From the NCBI GenBank assembly GCA_965240325.2, contig OZ251225.1, positions 2,294,001-2,358,000 on the forward strand: DNA of 64,000 nt, written 5' to 3'. The position numbers and the translations under genes were made by a program. Numbering within the stretch: position 1 is the stretch's first letter; every line of letters starts with the position of its first letter. Under the pieces are notes generated by a model. The model was not told the DNA's origin. It did no database searches and saw nothing but the letters and a program-made list of their open reading frames with translations. Source of the stretch: Rebecca billardiae RCC1528. Its lineage: Eukaryota > Protista > Haptophyta. Shown piece after piece: positions 1 through 10,300 of the stretch.

Positions 1-1503
1 GGCCAAGAACCTCGCGCCGGGCACGACGGAGGCGGGGCTGCACGAGCTGTTCGGCCGGCACGGCACGATCACGCGGCTGCTCCTCCCGCCCTCGCGCACC
101 GTCGCGCTCGTCGAGTTCGCCGCGATCCCCGAGGCGCGCCGCGCATTCCTCGGCTGCGCGTACAAGAAGCCTAAGGAGGGACAGCCTCCGCTGTACCTCG
201 AGTGGGCGCCCGCCGCGCTGCTGCAGCCGGCCGAGCCGGAGGGGGCGGAGGCCGGGGCGGACGACGCGGCGATGGAGGATGGCGCGGCGCCCGCGGGCCC
301 GGGGGCCGAGCGCGCGGCGGAGGAGGCCGAGGTCGAGCCCAGGCGGAGCGGCGACACGGCTGAGCTCGGTGCGGCCGCTGAGGAGGACGAGGACGACGAG
401 GGCGGCGCCGAGGGCGGCGCGCGCAGCGTGTACGTGAAGAACCTCAACTTTAGCACGGACGAGGCCGCGCTGCGCGCGCTCTTCGAGGCGAGCTTCAGGG
501 AGTTCCCAGTCAAGGCGGTCGTGATCGCGCGCAAGGCGGACAAGCGCGGCGGGGCGGGTGCGTGCGCGCGCTCGTTTCTCACGCGCGCGCTCGCGCGCGC
601 CCCGTGCTGCTGCGCGGTGCTGCTGCGCGGTGCTGCGTGCGGTGCGGACCCCGACGCGCGCCCGCGTCAACGCTGCGCCGCGCCGCGCGCCGCGCCGCGC
701 GCAGCGGGGAGAGATGGCGGCAAGGCCGCCTCGATGGGATTCGGCTTCGTGGAGTACGGATCGCACGAGCACGCGCGCGCCGTCGTCAAGCGGCTCACGA
801 ACCTCGCGACCAAGGGCCGCCCCCTCAGACTTCACGAGCACGTGCTGGAGTGTAAGCTGTCGGCGCGGGCGAGCGGCGTGCGGCGCGCGGCGCAGCCCGC
901 GGCCGTGGGCGCGCGCGCGCCGTCGCGCGCCAAGCCGTCGCGCAAGCTCACCGTGCGCAACCTGCCCTTCGAGGCGAGCAAGCGCGAGGTGGGCGAGCTC
1001 TTTGGCGCGTTCGGCGAGGTGTGCGCTGCGCTGCGTGCGCGCGGCCGTGCGCGCTGCGCTGCCGTGTGTGCTGCGCTGCGTGCGCGCGGCCGTGCGCGCC
1101 GATCTGCCGTGCGCGCGGCCTCCGCTGGCGGAGCTGGTGCGCGCTGCGCGCCGCGCTCATCTGCTCGCCCGCCTCTCGCGGTGCCGTGGCGCGCGCCGCG
1201 CAGCTGCAAAGCGTGCGCGTGCCCAAGAAGATGGGCAGCAGCGGCCATCGCGGCTTTGCGTTTGTCGAGTTCATCAACAAGCAGGACGCGCTCAAGGCGA
1301 TGGAGGCCCTCGCCAACACGCACCTGTACGGGCGCAGGCTCGCGCTCGAATGGGCGGAGGACGAGCAGTCGCTCGAGGCGCTGCGCGAGAAGGCCAAGCG
1401 CCAGATCGACGCGTCCGAGCACGCCGCCGCCGCAAAGCGCCGACGAGCGGACGAGGATGTCGGCGCGCGTGACGAGCTTGGCGGCGACGTGGATGTGTAC
1501 TAG
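1..1503 (+). CDS. RBM19: Multiple-RRM rRNA-processing protein RBM19/Mrd1, 3' portion (5' end outside window); introns 558-704 and 1019-1203
   Basis: Frame from base 2 reads KNLAPGTTEAGLHELFGRHG...VALVEF...PLYLEWAP, followed by RRMs SVYVKNLNF...SMGFGFVEY and KLTVRNLPFEASKREVGELFGAFGE|LQSVRVPKKMGSSGHRGFAFVEF...HLYGRRLALEWA, typical of the Mrd1/RBM19 C-terminal RRMs. GT..AG introns restore the frame; TAG at 1501-1503. Confidence 0.9.
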
Positions 1504-1599
1504 GCAACGACTAGCGCATGAATCGTCTCCGGCGCATCTCTCCGCCGCGCGTATTGGTGGTATAACTACTCTACCGCCGGCGTCGTAGACCGTCGCGGT

Positions 1600-1710
<111 letters not shown>

Positions 1711-1989
1711 TCGCGCGATCGCCCTCGGCTAAAGTTCTATATATGACCGCGTTCCGCGGTCCTTTTCCGTAGAACGAACGTAGTTCGGGGCCCGCGGTGG
1801 CGGTGCACCCTCCGTCGCAGTCGTCCCGTACGTAACTAGACTCCATCCAGCGGCGCGCCGCCCAGCGCCGCGCCGCCGCCGGCCCGGCCGGCCGGCCGGG
1901 CGCGGGCGCGTCGGCGGCTGGCGTGCGCCGAGTGTGGATGTCGGTCGTCGGCCGAGCTGCCCTCATCACAGACGGCCCTTACCTGACCC

Positions 1990-2670
1990 CCTGCGCGTGC
2001 GCGACGGCCGACAGGCGGATGCGACTCGGCGTGATCGACGCACGAGCGCGACTCTTGCACGCCAGGCCACCGGCGGAGCTGACTGACAGCCAGGGAGCCG
2101 ACGGTGCGGGACCGCGCATTCGACCGTTCGTTCGGGCCTGCCGCTGACCGTCGTCGCCGCGACGCCAGCAGCGCAGGAGTAGATGATCTGCAGGTCAGTA
2201 GGGTTCGACCTGCGCGCCTGCGCGACGGCCGACAGGCGGGCGCGAGGCGTGAGCGACGCATGAGCGCGACTCTACGTGCACACCAGGCGACACGCGGCCT
2301 GAGCTGACTGACCGAGCCAGGGAGCACGGTGCGAGCAGCCATGCAGCACCGGTGCTTGCGCGCGCCGCGCGTGCACGGGGTGACACACCTCGGTCAGGCT
2401 CGGCACGCGTCGCAGAGGCACGGCCAGCTCTGGGCACGCCAGGCGCCCAGGCCACGCGGAGCTGACAGCCACGGGGAGCCGACGGCGCCGGGGCCGCGGC
2501 CAGTTCGACTTGCGCCTGCTCTGAAGAAGAGTTCTGGGAGACCCTGGCGGAGAGGCATGGCAAGGGGGGCGTGTGGTGAAGTCGGAGACTCAGAGATCGA
2601 TCAGTCCGGCATCATGCGCCGCTGCCCCCGAGCTTGCCGGGCAAGGGCCTCGAAGCGGCTGCCGGCTGCT
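1990..2670. repeat. Degenerate repeat region with internal ~220-bp duplication; inverted homolog at ~63270-64000
   Basis: 1990-2108 resembles 2209-2333 (CCTGCGCG..GCGCGACGGCCGACAGGCGG...GAGCTGACTGAC..GCCAGGGAGC..ACGGTGCG), with a partial third copy at 2433-2490. Reverse-complement matches such as GAAGAAGAGTTCTGGGAGACCCTGGCGGAGAGGCATG occur at the right end of the window. Confidence 0.8.
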
Positions 2671-2987
2671 GGGCCGGGTGAGGAGGAGGGAGGGGGCTGG
2701 CCTGCGGGGCGCGTGGTGAAGTCGGTGATCAGCCGCGCCGCGCTCCCCCTGCCGAGTGAGCCATCGTCCTCCAGCACGGTGCGGACCTTGCCAAGGATGT
2801 TGTAGATCGATCGGCGCGGCACGCAGTACTTCACCGCCGCAGAGCCCACGTCATGCTTGCGCCTCACGACTGAGATGGCAGCAGCAATGCTCGAGAGCGT
2901 GTTATTGCCCCCTTTCGTCGTCACTGCCCCTGAGTCGCGCAGCATGTTCAACACGCGGAGAGCGCAGTCCTGGTCTGTGTCGCCCAT
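2601..2987 (-). pseudogene. Short ORF with an HTH_psq/CENP-B-N-like helix-turn-helix; probable DNA-transposon (pogo-like) remnant
   Basis: AAAISVVRRKHDVGSAAVKYCVPRRSIYNIL fits the psq-HTH pattern (A..AV.....S...AA.KYGVPRSTL...L). No DDE domain follows. Confidence 0.45.
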
Positions 2988-3123
2988 CGATGTGCGTCGC
3001 AAGGCACTCCCTTGGACAGGCTCCGCAGTTGACGACCTCTTTCACCTCGGCACGTGCCTGTTGTAGCTCTCTGATCAAGAACTAGTGCCTTGCGTGCCGG
3101 GTAGCTCTCTGATCAGTAGGTTA

Positions 3124-3229
3124 CGACGCGGTGGATTCATTCTCCTGATGGCTCATTGATGAATACCATTTGTCGTCACGAAGCGGTGGATTCGTTCTCC
3201 TGATGGCTCCTTGATGAATACCATTTGTC
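3124..3229. repeat. 55-bp tandem duplication
   Basis: GCGGTGGATTC(A/G)TTCTCCTGATGGCTC(A/C)TTGATGAATACCATTTGTC occurs twice with period 55. Confidence 0.9.
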
Positions 3230-3328
3230 AGATGGCGACGATCAGGTAACGAGTGGTAAAGAGTCCGGTCACACGCGACCCGCTTCCTCTGCAATCCCAG
3301 CTTTCGGCATACGCGGGTACGATACATT

Positions 3329-3684
3329 ATGGCCCGCGGTGAAGATAAATACGATGAGAGTCGTTGCGGCGGCGGCCGGCGAGGCCATATTTATTTTACT
3401 ATGGTCACACATGAACGAGAGTCTACCCACAATTACCCTGCCTGGCACACTTGGGCGCGGGTTTCGTTGATTCCTCTGAATACAAAAGAGCCGGGCGCGA
3501 CCTTTTTCGACGAGGATGCACCTGTAAGGGAGTCTCAAAATTCGAAACTCGGTCTCCTCCAGCCCTGAAAATCGTCCGGCCCGGCCCGTCCCTTTTTTCT
3601 TTGATCAAAGATCTTTTTGAAACGTGGTTCGGGCCCGCTGGTGCGGGCTCCACGCTGCGCGCTCCGCCCTGCACCGCGGGCCAT
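3329..3684. mobile_element. MITE-like element (~356 bp) with 13-bp terminal inverted repeats
   Basis: ATGGCCCGCGGTG at 3329-3341 and CACCGCGGGCCAT at 3672-3684; GATACA lies on both flanks (3321-3326, 3685-3690). A diverged, one-end-truncated inverted copy is at 62587-62917. Confidence 0.6.
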
Positions 3685-4264
3685 GATACAGCAGTCTATA
3701 GCTACTCAAGACTTAGATTCGTGTCGTCGTCGTCATTAGTCAGTCGGTCCGCGCCGTGACCCGCGTGGTCCCGGCCGTGCATCACTATAAGTATATATAC
3801 ATTAGCATGCTATATATATCGACGATATAGCTACTCAATACTATATGCGCTCATATGACGAGTCGTCCGATCGATCGATCGATCCGCGCGATACTACCTA
3901 AGAGTAAGACTACGACTCTGTCGCAAGCAGCAGATGGCTACAGTATGATCGAGTACATGCATATATATATATATGGAGTCGTCTGTAGTGCCGTAGTTTC
4001 CGCCGCTGTGGAGTGTGACCGTGACGATGCGCCGCCTGTAGAGCTCGTCATGTGTAATTTCAATTTTGGCGGGACGACTACTACTAGACTACGCGTCGTC
4101 GTCGTCGAAGCGTCCGCCAGCGCAGAGTGGAGAGTCTTGGTGGCAGTCTCGTGCCGGCGCTCCCGGCGGGAAGATGAATCATGGCGCCGCCACGACCGCA
4201 CGACGAGAGCCCCGCCGGGTGCGCGCAGCCAGCCCGCCGGTGGCTACAGTAGCCGAGCACTAGC

Positions 4265-6913
4265 TTAGTATACCTCGTCGTCCCAATCGACGACGAGTTT
4301 GCCCGCCCAGTCGAGGTACTCGTCGTCCAGCATCGGCTCGAGGGCAGTGCCACCCGTCCAAGTAGTGAACTTGTCGGTGGTCGTGGACGTGGTGAACGCG
4401 CAGGCCGCGCGCTCCTCGCTGCGCAGCTGCAGCGCAGCGAGCAGGTCCTCGCGTAGCACGCACGGCAGCACGCACGTCTCCCACACGTGGTGCGCGCCCG
4501 TGCCTCCGCCGAGGCCGAATCGGCGCGTGAGCTGCGCGCCCACCCACGAGAGGAAGCGAGCCTGGTGGCGAATGGCCGGGCCGAAGAGCGCGTGCGTGTC
4601 GACGGACCAGGTGGCGCCGCCCAGGCAGACGATGTTCACCCACGACGGGCGCTCGGCGAGCGGGAGCTCCAGCCATGGCGCCGCGCGCTCGTGCAGGCTG
4701 CAGCCGCCGCCCAGGCCGCGCGCGCGCGCGTCGTCGCCGGAGGCGAGGTCAACGAGCAGCTCGTCGCGGCCGCGCCGCGGCGGTGTGACGGGGTAGCAGT
4801 CGAGCAGGCGCGCGGGCATCAGCAGCGGCATCACGCACTCGTGCCACACGCCCACAAATTCGCTCGGCGCGTGCGCGTGCGCCGCGCCAAGCCGCGCGCC
4901 GAGCCACGCGAGGTAGCGCGCGCGCTGCCGCTCCGGCCGAGGGAACGCCCAGTGCGTGCCCGGCGACCAGCCGCGTGCGCCGTGGACGGCGAGCGTGGCC
5001 CACACGGGCGTGCTTCGGCGCGTGTGGACCCACGGCAGCGCGAGCTCGCGCAGGCTGGGCAGGCGCATCACGCCGAGCACGCCCTCGCCCGCGCCCGGCT
5101 CGGCGAGCGCGCGCTCGGCCGTCGGCACAGGCATCACCGCCTCGAGGCCGCGGGGGGCCATGGCGAGGGCTTCGAGGAGGGAAGCGGCCAGGCAGCGCGG
5201 CACGACGTGCGCCTCCCACGCCGGCGCGAGGTCGACGGCGTGCGCGCGCGCGAGCTGCGCGCCCACCCACTGCAGGAAGAGGAAGCGCGGGCGCAGCGCC
5301 AAGGGCATCAGGTGGCGCACGGCGGGCTCGAGCGGCGAGCCCCGACCGTGGACGACCAGAAGCTGGCTCGTCGTGGGCTCGTCCTGCGCGATCGCGGCGG
5401 CGGCGAGCTCGTACGGCGTCGGGCCGCCGTCGCCGCCCGGCGCGTGCACGTCCGCGCCGGTGGCGAGGAGGTGCACCACGTGCGAGGTGGGCAGGTGCGC
5501 CACGTAGTGCAGCGGCGTCGAGTACGCGCGCGTGCGCTGGAGGAAGGCGCGCGCCATGCCGCCGAGGCCGTCTGGGCGCACGTACTGCTCAGCGCGCGTC
5601 CCGTCGGGCAGCGTGCGCGAGGCGCCGTACGCGGCGAGGAAGACGATCATGGGGAGCGCATGGCGCTGCCGTGTCTCGCCGTTCTCGCTCTCGTTGACTT
5701 GCGGCGCGCCGCACAGCAGGAACTCGAGCGGCACGCGCGGCCGCGGCCTCATCTGCACCCCGGCACAGGGACCTAACTCAAGCTCCTGGTCCGGGGGCGC
5801 GCCGAGGAGGAGGGCGTGGCCCAGCATGCGCGCGTCGTCGTTGACGGTGCCCAAGCACGAGCAGATGGCCAAGGAGTCAAGGCCGGCCGGCGCGCCCGCC
5901 GCACGCAGGTGGTGCATCGCCGCGATGCGGCCGCACACCGCGGCCTCGTCGTCGGAGCAGCCCATCCATGGCCCCTGCTGGCACGCGATGAAGGCGTCTG
6001 CCGCGTCGGGGACGTCGGCAAGCCGCGCGCTGAGCGAGTCGAGAAGGAGCATGACGCACGCCGAGTGCCCGTACGCCGCGGCCTGGATGAGTGGGCCAGC
6101 CCGCCGCTGCCCGCGCGGCCGCTCGCGGCTCGGGTCCGCGCCGGCGCCGAGCAGTGCGCGCAAGCCGCGCACGTTGCCGTTGTAGCACGCGGCCTCGAGG
6201 CAAGTCTCGCGATCGCCGCAGTCGTTCGGAGGAAGATTGCCGTCCACGTCGAGGCCGCTCGCGATGATGGCGAACGGGAGCTCGGACGCTTCCGTCAAGA
6301 GCGACACGCGCGCGTACGGGTCCTGAAGCGTCTCAACCACGTCGGCCGCGCACGCGCGCACGCTGATCGCGACGGTGAAGGTGCGGTGGACGCGCAGTAT
6401 GTTCGTGACGCACATGTCCGTGCGCTGGGTGCCCCACGTGCCCGGCACTGGGACGTTCATGCGGCCCACGTGGACGAAGACGCGCACGCGCCCCGAGTCT
6501 AGGGCGCGTTCCCAGTCCTCACGTCGCCACTCGCTCAGCACGACGCCGACAATGCCGCCGCTGATCTCGTACGCAGAGTTGCTCGCGCCGATGAAGCCGT
6601 CGCGCCCGGCGTAGTAGCTCGTCCCCTCCAGGCCGTGGAAGCATCCGAACGCGCGGCGTTCGGCATCGTGCGAGATGAAGCCGCGAAGCACGCCGAACAG
6701 GTGCCTCTCTGCCAGCTCCCGCTTCTCCACCGGCAGGGTGTGAAGGAGGTCGAGCGTGTCCGTGCGGTACGCGTGCCAGCACGGATCGCACGAGAGAACG
6801 GGCACGTGGCGCCAGCCATCGTCGGCCAGCTGCCGCCGAAGCTCGCTCAGCGCCAAGTCCTTGTCGGCGGCCTCGGCCACGTGCTCCAGGCTCGGGAGGA
6901 GCGCGTCGACCAT
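4265..6913 (-). CDS. Intronless ankyrin-like repeat protein with three C-terminal W-S-x-x-T-H-x-x-F-like modules (copy A, ~882 aa)
   Basis: ATG 6913 (MVDALLP). Ankyrin-like motifs ETCLEAACYNGNVRGLRALLGAGADP, PLIQAAAYGHSACVMLLL, TPLHY...LLATGADVHA...TPYELA. The ORF is preserved in the inverted paralog at 59427-62072 despite in-frame indels. Confidence 0.8.
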   Translation of the reverse strand: MVDALLPSLEHVAEAADKDLALSELRRQLADDGWRHVPVLSCDPCWHAYRTDTLDLLHTLPVEKRELAERHLFGVLRGFISHDAERRAFGCFHGLEGTSYYAGRDGFIGASNSAYEISGGIVGVVLSEWRREDWERALDSGRVRVFVHVGRMNVPVPGTWGTQRTDMCVTNILRVHRTFTVAISVRACAADVVETLQDPYARVSLLTEASELPFAIIASGLDVDGNLPPNDCGDRETCLEAACYNGNVRGLRALLGAGADPSRERPRGQRRAGPLIQAAAYGHSACVMLLLDSLSARLADVPDAADAFIACQQGPWMGCSDDEAAVCGRIAAMHHLRAAGAPAGLDSLAICSCLGTVNDDARMLGHALLLGAPPDQELELGPCAGVQMRPRPRVPLEFLLCGAPQVNESENGETRQRHALPMIVFLAAYGASRTLPDGTRAEQYVRPDGLGGMARAFLQRTRAYSTPLHYVAHLPTSHVVHLLATGADVHAPGGDGGPTPYELAAAAIAQDEPTTSQLLVVHGRGSPLEPAVRHLMPLALRPRFLFLQWVGAQLARAHAVDLAPAWEAHVVPRCLAASLLEALAMAPRGLEAVMPVPTAERALAEPGAGEGVLGVMRLPSLRELALPWVHTRRSTPVWATLAVHGARGWSPGTHWAFPRPERQRARYLAWLGARLGAAHAHAPSEFVGVWHECVMPLLMPARLLDCYPVTPPRRGRDELLVDLASGDDARARGLGGGCSLHERAAPWLELPLAERPSWVNIVCLGGATWSVDTHALFGPAIRHQARFLSWVGAQLTRRFGLGGGTGAHHVWETCVLPCVLREDLLAALQLRSEERAACAFTTSTTTDKFTTWTGGTALEPMLDDEYLDWAGKLVVDWDDEVY

Positions 6914-7372
6914 GACGGCGGCGCGCGGAGGCGGCGGAGGGCGGGGCGCGAACGGCCTGTCCAGGCACACGGCCAGCTGCAAAAAGGGCGAAAGGCAATA
7001 AAAATTGACGAGTGTGACGAGTCATGCAGTCGATAGTTGTGACTCAGACCACGATGCCAGCCGATGACAGTAGTGACACTAGTTTCCTACTGCTGCTTAC
7101 GAGTTCATCATCGTCGTCATCATCAACAGCATATATCGCGTATCACGCGTCAGGCGACGAAGCCTATTGCTGGCGCTGCCATCATCAGGCATGTAACTCG
7201 GATCTCTCCTAGTAGCCGCCCGCGGCGCGGTCGGGATGTCGGCGCCGCCACCCCTGTGGCGCGCCGCCGGCCCGCCGCAGCGCCGGCAGGCCGCTGCGCC
7301 CGCGCCCTGAATGGATGCCTGCTGGCTTGAGCGGCGCTGCGGCGCCGCGGTGTGGCGCGTGGCGCCGAGTGA

Positions 7373-10300
7373 CTAGAAGTGCGAGACGAAGCCGCGGTAG
7401 TGCGCGGCCGCCTGGCGCACGATCATGAGGACCTCCATCGGCACGCTCGAGTCCTCCGCCTGCGCGTCTGACGCCGAGATGGGCGCGGCCGTGGTGGCCA
7501 CGCGCAGGTTGGACTGCGAGCGCTCGACCTGCCAGCCGCGCCGGAGCCACGGGCGGCACGCGTGGTCGGCCATCGCGTGGAAGGTGACGCAGAACGCGAG
7601 GTAGCGCTCGAGCGAGGCGATCCGCGACTCGTAGAACCGCTGCAGGTGGATCTGCCGGTCCTGCACCTCGTCCGTCTTCGCGTCCAGCTTATCCATGAAC
7701 GACAGCCGGATGCCCGGGTCGTTGGACGGCTCCGGCGCCTCCTTGCGCCGCGCGCCGCCGACGGTGATGGCGATGCGCCGGCGGACGAGGCCGTCGGCGG
7801 GCGTGTCGGCGAGGTCGTCGTGCTTGGTGATGTACTGCGTGCCGTACGGCAGCTGGTTCCACGCGTCGATCACGCCGGTGTGTTTGAGGTCGGAGATGGA
7901 CATGCCGCGCGCGAGTGAGGTGCGCGAGCGTGTGATCGTCCCCGCGGCGGCGCGCTCGGCCACCTGCCGAAGCACGGCCTTGGGCGTCTGCGCCGCGCGC
8001 GACTGGATCATCGTGCGGTACACGAGCTCGTCGATGAAGCGGCGCCGCGCTTTCGACGGCAGCGCGACGTGCTGCGTGATGTACCCCGGGGCCATCGGGT
8101 TGTGGCTGCGGGCGCGGCGCGCGCGGGGCGGCGTGTGGGCAGTTGGGCGCGCGCGCGTTGAGTCACTCGCTCGCGCGCGGCGGCGGCGCGTCGAGGCTCG
8201 CACGCGCCGAGCCGGGCGGCGCGCCGGGCGCGCGCGAGCGCAGCGCGCGCACCCGACTGAGAAGACCTCCGGCGCATTGCCCGAGTTGGGCGCCATCGAG
8301 TACTGCGGGTTCTGGATGAAGATCGCCTGCGGGTGAGGGGAGGCAGGTGCGCAGCCAAGGGCCGTAGCGCAGCGGCGCGAGCGGGGAAGTGGGCGGGGGA
8401 GCGGGCGTGGCCGGGGCCGAGTGCCGCGGCGCAGCCGGCGAGGGGCGCGTGCAGCAGAGCGGGCGTCAGCGTGACAACCGAGCTGCGCACACCCGGAGGC
8501 GGCGGGCCCTCGGCCGCGCGGCGCGCGCGCGCGCGGCGACGGTGCGCACCTGCTTGCACGCTAGCAGCAGCGCCTGCTCCGTCTTGGCGAGGCAGCAGAG
8601 GCGGCCGTCCGGTCGGCCGACCGCGAGCAGCAGCCCGCGCGCGACGCGGTGCGTGAAGGTGTGCACGAAGTGGTCGACGCCGTTCGCGCCGTGCACCTCG
8701 AGCCCGTTGAACGAGTACGAGAGCGCGAAGAGCTTCGAGCAGAACATCTCGAGCATCTGGTTGTTTGTCTTGGTGTCGACGATCACGAGCGCGCGCTTGC
8801 CCATCCGCGCCCACAGCGGCCGGCCCGCCGCGACGCGCGCCGCCCACGTGAGCAGCTTGCCGCAGTACACGTAGATGAGCGCGTCGAGGAAGCGCACGAC
8901 AAAGCCGAGGACGGTGAAGCCCACGTGCTGCGACGGCGGCAGCGCGTCGGGGCGCACCGCGCTCCAGCCCAGCTCGATCTGGTCGTCGACGGCCGCCGCG
9001 CGCAGCCCCATGTTGGCCAGCACCCACGCGATCGGCGCGCCGAGCGTGACGGAGGCGATCACGTACGCGCCGACGAGGCAGAGCACGATCCACGGCTCCG
9101 AGATGTGCGCCGCCCACTTGTGGCCCTGCTTGACCAGCGCGGCGTGCGTCTCGGTCTCGGCGCGCTCGCCGCTCGCCTTGGCGCCGACGATCGCCTCGAC
9201 GCTTGGCACGACGAGCGCCGACATGAGCCGCAGGTCGGCGAGGCCGCCGTCGTCGAGGCGGACGAGCGGCTCGACCGGCCGCGCGGCGGCGCGCCCGCCG
9301 AGCGCGAACGACGAGGGCTTGGTCTCCCAGTGCTGCTTCGTGTGCTTGGGCGGCACGTTGGAGCGCGCGCGGCTGATCATGTGCAGCAGCAGGTGGGTGA
9401 ACGTGTGCTGCATCGCCGCCGCGGCGAGGCTGGTCGGCTCCGCCGGCCGGTTGCCCGCCTTCGTGACGAAGATGCGGTCGACCGGCGGCGGCTGGCCGCG
9501 CGCCGTGTGCGCGTTGCGCAGCGACTGCTCCATCTGCGAGAAGGGCATGCCCGTCATCAGCCACACGCGGCCGGGGCACAGCTTGTCGAGCAGCCGCGTC
9601 GCGTGCAGCGTCGGGAAGGTCTGGCCCGAGTGGCTCACAAGCAGAACGGCCGCGTTGCCGAGGTCGTCCACGTCCACGAGCTGGTCGCCGCTGAAGAAGG
9701 TCTGCGGCGCGGGCGGGGCGGGCGGGGCGCGCGCGGCGCGTGCGCGTGGGCGGGCGGGGGTCAGCCCGCGCCGGCGGGCGCGTGGCGGGCGCGCGCCAGC
9801 GCGGCGCACGGCCGGCCGCGCTCGCGGCGCGCGGCGCGCGGCGCGCGGCGCGGCGCGCACCTTCTGCGGCGAGAACCCGCCCACGCCGAGCAGCTGGTTG
9901 GCGGAGACACAGCGCACGGCGAGGTGCGGGAACGTGGCGACCAGGTCGGAGGCGAACTGCTCGGCCAGCCAGAGCGACGTCTCGATCGCGCCGATCAGCA
10001 GGTCGATCGAGTCGTTGCCCTTGGCCTTGCGCGCGAGCATCAGCCGCTCGAGGTGCGACCAGAACGAGTCGGCGGTGATCACCGCCGCCGAGCGGTTGTC
10101 CTTCGACTTGGCGTCCCACTCGTTGTCGATCTGCTGGAGCACCTTGGGCGTCTCCGCGAGGTCGAGCTCGACGAGGTCGACGCCCTTCGGCGGCGGCAGC
10201 GTCGGCATCTCCATCTTGACCGCGCGGCCGCGCAGCGTCTCGGCGCCGTGCTCGACGCACGAGAGCAAGGAGTACGCGCGCAGCTCGACGCCGCCGCCGA

